Source: Isosphaeraceae bacterium | GTDB lineage: Bacteria > Planctomycetota > Planctomycetia > Isosphaerales > Isosphaeraceae | Reading direction: 5' to 3' | Length of the DNA: 64,000 nt | Assembly: GCA_965201075.1 (NCBI GenBank) | Contig: CBDAVP010000016.1 | Location: forward strand, 310,001-374,000 | Part shown: piece by piece, positions 40,052-48,778 of the stretch | Layout: each line of letters begins with the position of its first letter | How positions within the stretch are numbered: position 1 is the first letter of the stretch | Translations under genes and position numbers: made by a program | Notes under the pieces: model-generated | The model's input: only the letters and a program-made list of their open reading frames with translations | What the model was told of the DNA's origin: nothing | The model's database searches: none

Positions 40052-40816
40052 ATGGACGCTCCCGACACCGGCCCCTCGGTCTTCAAGCGGATCTTGCTCA
40101 AACTCTCGGGGGAGAGCTTCTGCCGTTCGGGCGAGGGGGGCATCAGCGTCGAGGAGGTCAGTCGGATCGCCCGGCAGGTCGCCCGAGTGGCGGCCAAGGG
40201 AGTGGAGTTGTCGATCGTCGTGGGGGGCGGCAACATCCTCCGTGGGGCGAGTTTGCGCAACTCGGGGGTCATCCAGGAGGCCACCGGCCACTACATGGGC
40301 ATGACGGCCACGGTTATCAACGGGCTGGCCCTCCAGGACGCGATGGAAAGCATGGGTTGCGAAACCCGCCTGATGACGACCATCCGCATGGACGAGGTGG
40401 CCGAGCCGTTCATCCGCCGACGGGCCCTGGCGCACCTGGGCCGCGGTCGCGTCATCATTCTGGCCACCGGAACCGGCAGCCCGTTCGTCACCACCGACAC
40501 CGCCGCCGCCCTTCGTGGCAAGGAACTGGGCGTCGAGGTCCTGATGAAAGCCACCCGGGTCGATGGGGTTTACACCGCCGACCCCGAGAAGAACCCGCAC
40601 GCGGTTCGTCATGAGCACTTGACCTACGAGCAGGTTGTCCGCGACGATCTCAAGGTCATGGACATGACGGCCATTGGCATGTGCCTGGACAACGACTTAC
40701 CGATCCTGGTCTTCAACTTCAAACGGGACGGCAACATCGAGCGAGCCGTGGCCGGTGACCCGATCGGCACCTGGGTCGGCCGCAACCCCCGGCCTCGCCC
40801 GGCGAACCTCGTCTGA
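40052..40816 (+). CDS. pyrH: UMP kinase
   Basis: RILLKLSGE, GGGNI, TTDTAAALR, VMDMTA. Confidence 0.97.
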   Translation: MDAPDTGPSVFKRILLKLSGESFCRSGEGGISVEEVSRIARQVARVAAKGVELSIVVGGGNILRGASLRNSGVIQEATGHYMGMTATVINGLALQDAMESMGCETRLMTTIRMDEVAEPFIRRRALAHLGRGRVIILATGTGSPFVTTDTAAALRGKELGVEVLMKATRVDGVYTADPEKNPHAVRHEHLTYEQVVRDDLKVMDMTAIGMCLDNDLPILVFNFKRDGNIERAVAGDPIGTWVGRNPRPRPANLV

Positions 40817-40875
40817 ACCGAACCCATTTCCCCCAGGCCCCGCGTCGAGACCGGCCCAGCATCGGGAGCCCGACC

Positions 40876-41436
40876 ATGAGCATCGAAGAAATCTCGCTGG
40901 AGGCCGAGGAGCGGATGGAAAAGACCATCTCGCTGCTGGAGGACCAGTTCAAGGGGGTCCGCACCGGCCGGGCCAGCACCGGCCTCATTGACTCGATCCG
41001 GGTCAGCTACTACGGCTCGCCAACCCCCTTGAAGCAACTGGCCAACCTCAGCACGCCCGAGCCCCAGCAGATTTTGATTCGCCCCTTTGACGGAAGCGCC
41101 ATCGGCGACATCGTCAAGGCGATCCAGGCCAGCGACCTCGGTCTGACGCCCAACTCCGACAACAAGGTCATCCGCCTCAACGTCCCGAGCCTTTCGGTCG
41201 AACAGCGCAAAAAGCTGGTCGGCCGCGTCAAGGATCTGGCCGAGGAGGCTCGCGTCTCCCTCCGCAACATTCGCCGTGACGCGAACAAGCAAGGCGACCA
41301 GGAGCAGACCGACAAGCTCCTGACCGAGGACGACCTGGAACGCTGCAAGGAAGAGGTCCAGTCGCTCACCAAGCGGTTCGAGACTCGCGTCAACGACCTG
41401 GCCGAGAAGAAGTCGGCCGAAATCCTGGAACAGTAG
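40876..41436 (+). CDS. frr: Ribosome recycling factor
   Basis: RTGRAS, YYGSPTPL, RNIRRDAN. Confidence 0.97.
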   Translation: MSIEEISLEAEERMEKTISLLEDQFKGVRTGRASTGLIDSIRVSYYGSPTPLKQLANLSTPEPQQILIRPFDGSAIGDIVKAIQASDLGLTPNSDNKVIRLNVPSLSVEQRKKLVGRVKDLAEEARVSLRNIRRDANKQGDQEQTDKLLTEDDLERCKEEVQSLTKRFETRVNDLAEKKSAEILEQ

Positions 41437-41471
41437 AGCTAGGCCGCTATGTCAAGGGCGGCGGACTCGCC

Positions 41472-41500
41472 TTGACACTCCGTGTCCGCCAATTCATGAT
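41472..41500 (+). promoter_or_regulatory. Promoter for tRNA-Gln
   Basis: TTGACA-17bp-CATGAT. Confidence 0.55.
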
Positions 41501-41524
41501 GAATCCGTCCACGAAGCATCCTGC

Positions 41525-41595
41525 TGGGGATTGGTGTAACGGTAGCACGACTGCCTCTGGAGCAGTTAGTCTAGGTTCGAATCCTAGATCCCCAA
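41525..41595 (+). tRNA. tRNA-Gln(CTG)
   Basis: Acceptor TGGGGAT/ATCCCCA, anticodon stem ACTGC/GCAGT with CTG at 41557-41559, T-loop TTCGAAT. Confidence 0.95.
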
Positions 41596-41805
41596 TCTCC
41601 ACTCCCGACGCCGGGAGTGGATTGTCGAGCGCAAAGCCGAGGTCGTACTTGTTGGCGAGCGTCAAGCAAACGACGATCGGCTCCCGGTACTGTCGAACGA
41701 TTTGGGTCTTTGATTAAACTCCTCGTGGCATCCCAAAATCTCGGATGAGCCTGGGCCTCTGGCTGGTACCACTCCGGAATCCATCAAGAGGCGCCGCCAA
41801 TGGGC

Positions 41806-42600
41806 TCACCTCGCGAAGTGGTGCAGGAGGATGCCGGCGGCCACCGCGACGTTGAGCGACTCCGCCCCCCGCCGCATGGGGATGGTGCAGCGCAGGTCGC
41901 AACCGCGAATCCATTCGGCGGGCAACCCATCCCCTTCGCTGCCCAGGAACAGGGCCAACCGCTCCGGCGAAGGCTCGGCGTCGAACCTGGGGGCGGATGG
42001 GTCGAGTACCGTCGCCATGAGTCGGAAACCGTGAGCATCCCTCAGCCGCCCGACCGTCTCGGCAAGGTTCTCGGCAACGAGGATGGGCACTCGCAGGGCG
42101 GTGCCCATCGAAACCCGCAACACTCGTCGAGAGAGCGGGTCGGGGCAGGCTCCTCCAACGACCACCGCGGCCACGCCGAAGACGTCGGCGATTCGGACAA
42201 TGGCCCCCAGGTTTTCGGGGTTTTGCAGCTCCGGGCAGACGACCACCGTGATCCCGCATGCCCCGTTGGTTTCCAGGATCGTCTCCATCGAGAGGGCCGG
42301 AACTCGTCGTGCGCAGGCCAGAACGCCCCGGTGGAAATGGAAGCCGACCAGGTCCGAGACCGAGGCGTGCGGAACAATATAGAGCGGAAGATCCGCGGGG
42401 ATCGTTGGGGCGACTCGACCCGCATGGCGGTCGGTGACGAGAACCGACACCACGGGGAAGCGACTCTCCAGGAGGGGAGCGAGCAGCTTCTCCCCTTCGA
42501 GCACGAACAGGCCGAGATCTCGGGTCGCGTTGGTCGCCTTCAGGTTCCGGTAGGGGACCAGTCGAGGGTCGTCCAGGTCGTCGAGGAAGTGTTCGGGCAT
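41806..42600 (-). CDS. TrmH/SpoU family RNA methyltransferase
   Basis: NPENLGAIVR, LGSEGDGL, IPM..GAESLNVAVA. Confidence 0.92.
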   Translation of the reverse strand: MPEHFLDDLDDPRLVPYRNLKATNATRDLGLFVLEGEKLLAPLLESRFPVVSVLVTDRHAGRVAPTIPADLPLYIVPHASVSDLVGFHFHRGVLACARRVPALSMETILETNGACGITVVVCPELQNPENLGAIVRIADVFGVAAVVVGGACPDPLSRRVLRVSMGTALRVPILVAENLAETVGRLRDAHGFRLMATVLDPSAPRFDAEPSPERLALFLGSEGDGLPAEWIRGCDLRCTIPMRRGAESLNVAVAAGILLHHFAR

Positions 42601-42738
42601 CGTGGACGGGTGGTCCGGTTGGGGATCTTGGCCCGAGGCTAGCGAGGAAAATCGCCAGGGGTCAAGATCGGGCTCGATCGAGCAGAGAGCATTCTGTAGA
42701 ATCGTGGTCCATTGTGGATCTCCAGCGGAGGCGTTGTC

Positions 42739-44178
42739 ATGGTCGATCGACTGCGAGTTGCGGCGTATCAGTCCTTCCGGGGTCTACCGGAGTTGGCGGG
42801 GGTCGCGACGATCGAGGAGGCGGCGCGGCCGGGCTTGGGGGTCGAGGTGGCCGTCGCTCGGCTGAAGCGGCATCACTACGCGTTGAAGCGGCTGCATGAG
42901 ATCCTGACCTCCCGGATCACCGCCGAGCCCATCTATGAACTGAAGATGGGCTTCTCTCACCACGCCTATCTTTGCGCCGAGCACGTCCAGGCGTTTCGCG
43001 AACGGGTGGGGGAGATGCGCGAGCCGCCGCTGGGCCTGGACGTGGTGCCCGACCCAGCTCTGGCGATCGCTTTCGACGAAGTCCTGGCCTCCCCGACGAC
43101 CGCTGCCCTGTTGCTTGGGCTGTACGAGATTTTGCTGCCCGCGTTGGACGAGTCGTTGGCTCGCCAGATGGGGGAGGTCAACCCGTTGGCCGACGCTCCT
43201 TCGGTACGCGTCTGCCGGTTCGCCCGGCTGGAAGTGGCCGACATGATGGATTGGGGTCGCCGTTGTCTGACCTGCCTCGTGGACGAGGCGGCGCGCGAGG
43301 AGCTTTCTCCCTGGGTGGAAGAACTCCGGACCGCGCTGGCTTCGGCCGGGGGACTGGACGGGTCGGCGGAACCTTCAGGGAAGATTCCAGCCCGTCGATT
43401 CTCGGCGTCGCCCTACCGATTTGATCCCGAGCCTCGGCGCGATGAGCGGTTTCGCGACCTCTTCAACCAGGGGGTCAACGCCGAGTCGTTTCTGTACAAC
43501 CCGGAATATTCGGCGCGGTCGAAGTCCTTGATGATGCTCTACAAGCGGATGCGAGAGATCGACGTCCCGGAGATGATGGCGGGGATCATCGTCCAGACTT
43601 CCGGAAAGCCCTGGACCTACTATCGCGACATGTCCCGACAGCTTTGGGACGAGGCCCGTCACGCGATGATGGGCGAGGTCGGGTTCGTGGCCAACGGCGT
43701 GGACTGGACCGAGGCCCGGATTACCCACAACTGGTCGTTCCGCCTCAACACCGAATGCACGCCCCTGGAGCGCCACGCGGTCCTGTACTTTATCGAGCAG
43801 GGGTTGATGGCCAAGACGGGCAAGAAGTTCGAGTGGCAGGTCGGGGTGGCCTCGGGCGACCCGCTCATGGCCACGATTCAAGATTATGACTGGGCCGACG
43901 AGGTGCTGCATGCCAAGATTGGCCGGCAGTGGTACATCCCCCAGGTGGGGGAGTGGAAGGAAGCCCTCGACTACGGCGACCGCTGCTGGTCGAAGATCAC
44001 CAGCAACTGGGCCGAGGTCCGCGACCAGGGCCTGACCTCTCACGAGAACTGGTGGCCGTCGATCTACCGGCAAGCCTGCCAGCACTGGGGCATCGAGCCC
44101 GAGCCCGAGGTCCTGGCGTTCGCCGAAACCTACGAGGGGCAGCGGGCCGACCTCAAAGCCGTTTCCGGAAGCGCCTGA
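42739..44178 (+). CDS. Tandem ferritin-like (di-iron) domain protein
   Basis: CAEH, REIDVPE, WDEARH, ADEVLH ExxH motifs in helical context. Confidence 0.65.
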   Translation: MVDRLRVAAYQSFRGLPELAGVATIEEAARPGLGVEVAVARLKRHHYALKRLHEILTSRITAEPIYELKMGFSHHAYLCAEHVQAFRERVGEMREPPLGLDVVPDPALAIAFDEVLASPTTAALLLGLYEILLPALDESLARQMGEVNPLADAPSVRVCRFARLEVADMMDWGRRCLTCLVDEAAREELSPWVEELRTALASAGGLDGSAEPSGKIPARRFSASPYRFDPEPRRDERFRDLFNQGVNAESFLYNPEYSARSKSLMMLYKRMREIDVPEMMAGIIVQTSGKPWTYYRDMSRQLWDEARHAMMGEVGFVANGVDWTEARITHNWSFRLNTECTPLERHAVLYFIEQGLMAKTGKKFEWQVGVASGDPLMATIQDYDWADEVLHAKIGRQWYIPQVGEWKEALDYGDRCWSKITSNWAEVRDQGLTSHENWWPSIYRQACQHWGIEPEPEVLAFAETYEGQRADLKAVSGSA

Positions 44179-44185
44179 GGCCCAC

Positions 44186-45160
44186 TCAGCCGGGCGTCGG
44201 CGACGATGGCAAGGGCACCGTGCCAGGCCGGGGCGAGGGGTAGACGTGGGCGGCGAACCCCGCGGCTCGGTAGCCTCGGGCCGACGCCCCCGCGCCGTCG
44301 GGGGCCGTGGTGTACAGGAACCCTCGGGGGCCTCGCCAACGGAACAGCGCGACGGTCCCCGGTCGAGGGGTCGGGAAGACGTGGCCGACGACGCCTACCC
44401 GGCGGAACCCCTCCCGGGCGGGGACCACCGGACTCATCGCGTAGAGGACGGTTCCGAGCCGGGGATGCACCCATCGGTATAATGGCAACGTGCCGGGTTC
44501 CGGGGCGATCAAGGCGTAGCCGGCTGGTTCCGACCCGGCCCGGGTCACGGCGAATCGCAGGACGACCCGGTCGGTCGAATAGTCGACCCCCGCGAGCGCC
44601 CCGAACTGCTGGAAGCTGCTGATCCGCTTCTCCAGCTCGCCGTTGAGTTTCGAGCCCAGCTTCTCGGCCCGACCGTCGGCGATCCTCGTCGCCAGGTCGT
44701 CGAACTGCCGCCCCAGCACCAGAGCCAACGTCCCGGCCAAGCCTTCCAGCTCTCGACGCCGGATCTCGTCGACCCGAGCGTGGACTCTCGGCACGCCTCG
44801 GGAACCGGGCTCGATTCCCAGGCTCAATTTCAGGTCGAACCGAAACACTCGCCACCCGGCCTCGTCCTCGGGCTTGCGGCCCAGTGTGCCGGCGACCGCC
44901 GCGGCGATCGGCGGCCGGTACTCACCATCAACCTGGCAGGCGATCCGAAATTCCCGAGCAACCGGGTCGATCGCCACCAGGCGGAAGTCATGCAAGGTCC
45001 CTCGATGCCGTCCTTCGTTCTGGAACGGCCGGGGCGGCAGGGCTTCCAGAATCGCCTGGAGGAATTCCTTCTCGAAGGCAACCTCGGCGGTCGGTCCACC
45101 CCACGAGTGGCCTGGCGCCACAAGCATTGTTAGGACAAACCCGGCCAATCGCATGGACAT
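44186..45160 (-). CDS. Secreted protein with C-terminal DUF5648-like repeats
   Basis: Signal peptide; repeats PGT.PLYRW...LY...G(F/Y)R..G..GHV(F/Y)P. Confidence 0.6.
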   Translation of the reverse strand: MSMRLAGFVLTMLVAPGHSWGGPTAEVAFEKEFLQAILEALPPRPFQNEGRHRGTLHDFRLVAIDPVAREFRIACQVDGEYRPPIAAAVAGTLGRKPEDEAGWRVFRFDLKLSLGIEPGSRGVPRVHARVDEIRRRELEGLAGTLALVLGRQFDDLATRIADGRAEKLGSKLNGELEKRISSFQQFGALAGVDYSTDRVVLRFAVTRAGSEPAGYALIAPEPGTLPLYRWVHPRLGTVLYAMSPVVPAREGFRRVGVVGHVFPTPRPGTVALFRWRGPRGFLYTTAPDGAGASARGYRAAGFAAHVYPSPRPGTVPLPSSPTPG

Positions 45161-45530
45161 GGTGACAGGCCTGGCCATGAACGGGCTCGCGAGTGCCGGT
45201 TTGGATCGGCCCCTGGCATAGCACCGAAGGCCAACCTTGACCAGTGCGACTTCGCTCGACCTCCAGAGCCGTTTTTTCTCCATTGGCCTTGCAATCGGGG
45301 ACTGGCTCCGGCGGTACTCCGCCGGTCCTGTCCCCCATTCCGGGGCCCGGTGGGCAGCGTGGCAGGGACATTCGTCGGCGAATGGAGGACAGGCACCGGC
45401 GGAGCCAGTCCCTTTAGGTCCACCCAAAGTGAGAACGAAATGGCCCTGCGCTCGACCTTCCGCCCAGGCGAGGGAACCGCCACGGGTCGGGCGGGATGGC
45501 CATCCCCGTGGCGGAAAGGGGTCGCCAGGA

Positions 45531-45740
45531 TCAGCGGTCGACCGCGCGATCGACGGCGCGGCCCGCCTTCTCGCCCGGACCGGCGGGGTTCACCGCGTCC
45601 TTGACCTTCTCGGCGCCACGGTCGACCGACTCGCCCGCCTTCTCCATCGGGCCTTTTTCCTCGCAGCCCACGAACAGGCCAGCGGCCATAATCAGGCCAA
45701 GGACGCGGATCGCGGGGACGATCGACTTGAAGAAAGTCAT
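45531..45740 (-). CDS. Small lipoprotein
   Basis: Lipobox FVGC; GP.EKAG..VDR repeated twice. Confidence 0.75.
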   Translation of the reverse strand: MTFFKSIVPAIRVLGLIMAAGLFVGCEEKGPMEKAGESVDRGAEKVKDAVNPAGPGEKAGRAVDRAVDR

Positions 45741-45846
45741 TGCGGAAAGCTCCAAGGGACCAACCACGCCAATTCGGCGCGATTCGAAAACATCAAAAGG
45801 ACCGAGCCGCTTGCCAGGCAATGGCGATGCCAAGCGAGGCTGCCAA

Positions 45847-46326
45847 TCAATCCTTCCAAATCCCAAGCCCTCGGCGGACCGTCACGAGTTGGCCGAGGTG
45901 GTAGGCATTATGGTCGGCCACGAGCAGCACCTCGCGGAGCAAGGTTTGACCCTGGCCATGTGCGAACGGTGCCCATAAATCGCGAGAAGAGTCGGCCACG
46001 CATCCCTTGAGTGTCCGAAGATCGTCCCGAAAGCCCGCCAGGGACCGTTCCCAGGACGCGGGTCCGGGAGGTGCCTCCTCCAGCGGCCAGTACCCTTCCG
46101 GGAAGGGTGGGGAGACATGGTTGGAGTCGAGGGAAAACTGGAGGATGTCCCACTGCGCAATCCGCAGGTGCTCCACCAATTGCCAGGGGGAATGGGGAAA
46201 ATTGGGGATGCGAGCACCCCGGGAGGTTTCGGGGATTTCGGCGACGGCTCGGTCGAAACCGACGTGGGCATGTTCCCCGTCGAGCAAGGCAATCAAATGC
46301 TCTCGGAGGGCGCGGTCGCGGTCCAT
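45847..46326 (-). CDS. DinB family protein
   Basis: HSPWQLVEHLRIAQ, LVADHNAYHLGQ. Confidence 0.9.
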   Translation of the reverse strand: MDRDRALREHLIALLDGEHAHVGFDRAVAEIPETSRGARIPNFPHSPWQLVEHLRIAQWDILQFSLDSNHVSPPFPEGYWPLEEAPPGPASWERSLAGFRDDLRTLKGCVADSSRDLWAPFAHGQGQTLLREVLLVADHNAYHLGQLVTVRRGLGIWKD

Positions 46327-46375
46327 GCGGGTCTCTCCTCCATCCAACAGCGGCTCACAGGAAGGAACGGTCGGT

Positions 46376-46630
46376 TCAGCGACCTCGGTGGCGTGCTCGG
46401 GCGGCGATCAGCGTCTGGACCACGAAGAGGGCGAACAGGCCGCCGAACGAACTGGCCCAGACCCACGGGGCATCCATCCAACCTGAACCTCTCCAGATCA
46501 TCAAAGCGGGCGCACCCGCGTAGATGACCAGCGCCAGGAAGCCCCAGAGGACCGGGTTCAGTTCCTGCATCATCGCCAATCGGGCGAAAATGAAGGCGGC
46601 CGAGGCCGCGATGACGCCGACACACTCCAT
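46376..46630 (-). CDS. Small membrane protein
   Basis: Three hydrophobic segments. Confidence 0.55.
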   Translation of the reverse strand: MECVGVIAASAAFIFARLAMMQELNPVLWGFLALVIYAGAPALMIWRGSGWMDAPWVWASSFGGLFALFVVQTLIAARARHRGR

Positions 46631-46739
46631 CGGGAAAATCTCCGCCAGACCCGTTCCGCTGCCGGGATGCGTCCTCTCGCCCATCCTCATAGAATAGACT
46701 CGGTCCCGCGGATTATCTTCTGGCCAGCGAGGGTCACTC

Positions 46740-47432
46740 GTGGGCGTTTCGTACCGAGACATTGCGGGAATGATCGACCACGCTCTGCTGGCGCCGACCT
46801 TGACGCCCCAACAGATGGACGAGGGATGCCGGTACGCGGCCGAGTCCGGTGTCGCCAGCGTGTGCATCCTTCCATACTACCTGAAGCGGTGCGCCCAGAT
46901 CCTGGCCGGCAGCGGCGTGAGAGCCAGCACCGTGATCGGTTTCCCCCTCGGCGGCAATGCCACCGCCATCAAACGAGCGGAAGCTCTCCGCGCCCTGGAC
47001 GATGGCGGCGAGGAACTCGACGTGGTCGTGAACCTTTCCGCCGTCATTGGCGGAGACTGGGCCTGCGTCCGCGACGACCTTCGCGCCATGATCGAGCCAA
47101 CCCACGCGGCGGGTTGTAAAATCAAGGTGATCTTCGAGAATTGCTACCTCGACGACGCCCAGAAGATCACCCTCTGCGAGATCAGCGCGGAGCTGGGGGC
47201 CGACTGGGTCAAGACCTCCACCGGCTTCGGGCCCGGCGGGGCGACCCTGGACGACCTTCGGCTAATGGGTTCCCACGTCCCGGCACGGGTGCAAGTCAAG
47301 GCGTCGGGGGGCATTCGCGACCTCGACACCATCCTGGCCATGAGGGATTTGGGGGTCACCCGCGTCGGGGCGAGCGGGACCCGCGCGATTCTTGACGAAT
47401 GCCGAGCCCGTTTCGGTTCCCCAGCCAGTTAA
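46740..47432 (+). CDS. deoC: Deoxyribose-phosphate aldolase
   Basis: IDHALLAP, VIGFPLG, KVIFEN, VKTSTGF, VKASGGIR. Confidence 0.96.
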   Translation: MGVSYRDIAGMIDHALLAPTLTPQQMDEGCRYAAESGVASVCILPYYLKRCAQILAGSGVRASTVIGFPLGGNATAIKRAEALRALDDGGEELDVVVNLSAVIGGDWACVRDDLRAMIEPTHAAGCKIKVIFENCYLDDAQKITLCEISAELGADWVKTSTGFGPGGATLDDLRLMGSHVPARVQVKASGGIRDLDTILAMRDLGVTRVGASGTRAILDECRARFGSPAS

Positions 47433-47496
47433 TTTGAGTCGGCTGGGTTGGTCGCCGAGGTGGCGGGGAACGGTCGATCCTCAGGGCCCGGATCCC

Positions 47497-48258
47497 ATGG
47501 ACGATCTTGACTTCGATCTCCGACTCAGCCAGATCCGAACCAATTGGTCGGCGCTCCAACGCGCCCACTCGGGAGAGGCCGAGTCGGCCACGCACGCTCA
47601 GCAAGAGTTGATGTGCCTCTACAGTGGCGCCGTTTATCGGTACCTCGTCGGCTTTTTGCGAGACTTCGACGCCGCGGACGATCTGGCTCAGGAATTTGCC
47701 CTGCGATTCCTCCGTGGCGACTTCCGGAGAGTTGACCCGAGTCGGGGACGGTTTCGCGACTACGTCAAAATGGTCCTTCGTCACCTGGTAGCCGACCTCC
47801 GCCGCCGCCAACTGCAAGGGCCTCGGCCAATCCCCCTGGGTGGACTGGAACCGGCCGAGGCCGACGACGCGTTGGAGCAACTCGACGCCGATTTCCTGAA
47901 AGGTTGGCGACAGGAACTTCTGTCCCGGAGCTGGGAAGCCCTGGAACGACTCCAGGACGAGACCCGGCGCCTCTATTACGACGTGCTCCGCCTGAGGGCC
48001 GACCACCCCGAAATGCGTTCCTCGCAAATGGCCGAGTACCTGACCAACCGACTGGGGCGTCCCACCACCGCCGGCGCCGTCCGCCAAACCCTATCCCTGG
48101 CCCGCGAACGGTACGCCGACTTCCTCCTCGCCGAGGTCGAGCAAACCCTCGACAACCCAACTCCCGAGCGAGTCGAACAAGAATTGATCGACCTCAACCT
48201 TCTGACCTACTGCCTGCCCACCCTGGAACGTCGAGGGTGGAAGACTCGGCCTCGTTGA
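47497..48258 (+). CDS. ECF-type RNA polymerase sigma factor
   Basis: YSGAVYRYL, AADDLAQEF, DPSRGRFRDYV, region 4 AGAVRQTLSLAR. Confidence 0.88.
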   Translation: MDDLDFDLRLSQIRTNWSALQRAHSGEAESATHAQQELMCLYSGAVYRYLVGFLRDFDAADDLAQEFALRFLRGDFRRVDPSRGRFRDYVKMVLRHLVADLRRRQLQGPRPIPLGGLEPAEADDALEQLDADFLKGWRQELLSRSWEALERLQDETRRLYYDVLRLRADHPEMRSSQMAEYLTNRLGRPTTAGAVRQTLSLARERYADFLLAEVEQTLDNPTPERVEQELIDLNLLTYCLPTLERRGWKTRPR

Positions 48259-48266
48259 CGTGCCGC

Positions 48267-48608
48267 TCAGCCCTTGTCCTTCTTCTTCGCGAGCTTGATT
48301 CTCGACGCAATTCCATTATCCAGAGTCACTTGCACGGAAACGCCCTTTTTCGCCTTCTCGACCCGTTGGCGAAGTTTCTCCAGGTCGAGCATCTTGGTTC
48401 CCTTGGCGGTTTCCAGGACAGTGTCGGACGTGATGGCGACGTCGACCGATTTCGCCGTGCCGGTCTCCGTCACGACGACTTTCTTCGCCTCGGTGTCCAC
48501 CTTGGAGATTCGGCCGACCAACTCACCGGCCGACGCCGAGCCTCCCGCGACGAGAGTGGCGAGGGCGAGACCCGCCAGAAATCGAAGTCCAGAGCGAAAA
48601 CGGTCCAT
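48267..48608 (-). CDS. Small secreted OB-fold-like protein
   Basis: GGAG RBS, signal peptide, GRISKVD...KVVV, Lys-rich. Confidence 0.7.
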   Translation of the reverse strand: MDRFRSGLRFLAGLALATLVAGGSASAGELVGRISKVDTEAKKVVVTETGTAKSVDVAITSDTVLETAKGTKMLDLEKLRQRVEKAKKGVSVQVTLDNGIASRIKLAKKKDKG

Positions 48609-48778
48609 CGGGGCTCCTCCAATACAAAAAAGGGACGACGACCCACGAAGTTGACTCCCTTGCCCGGGAACTTCGATGGCCGGCTTCCCGTGAAACCCCG
48701 GATCGCCGCTCAGGTAGCGGAACCTGGCGAACCTTCCGGGACATTCGCCGAGCCTCCCGTTGAGAGGGGAGTGACCGC

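Noticed and set aside
41596..41805. Second integration site at tRNA-Gln
   Set aside because: Only a hairpin (TCCACTCCCG..CGGGAGTGGA) follows. There is no integrase, and housekeeping-type genes continue.
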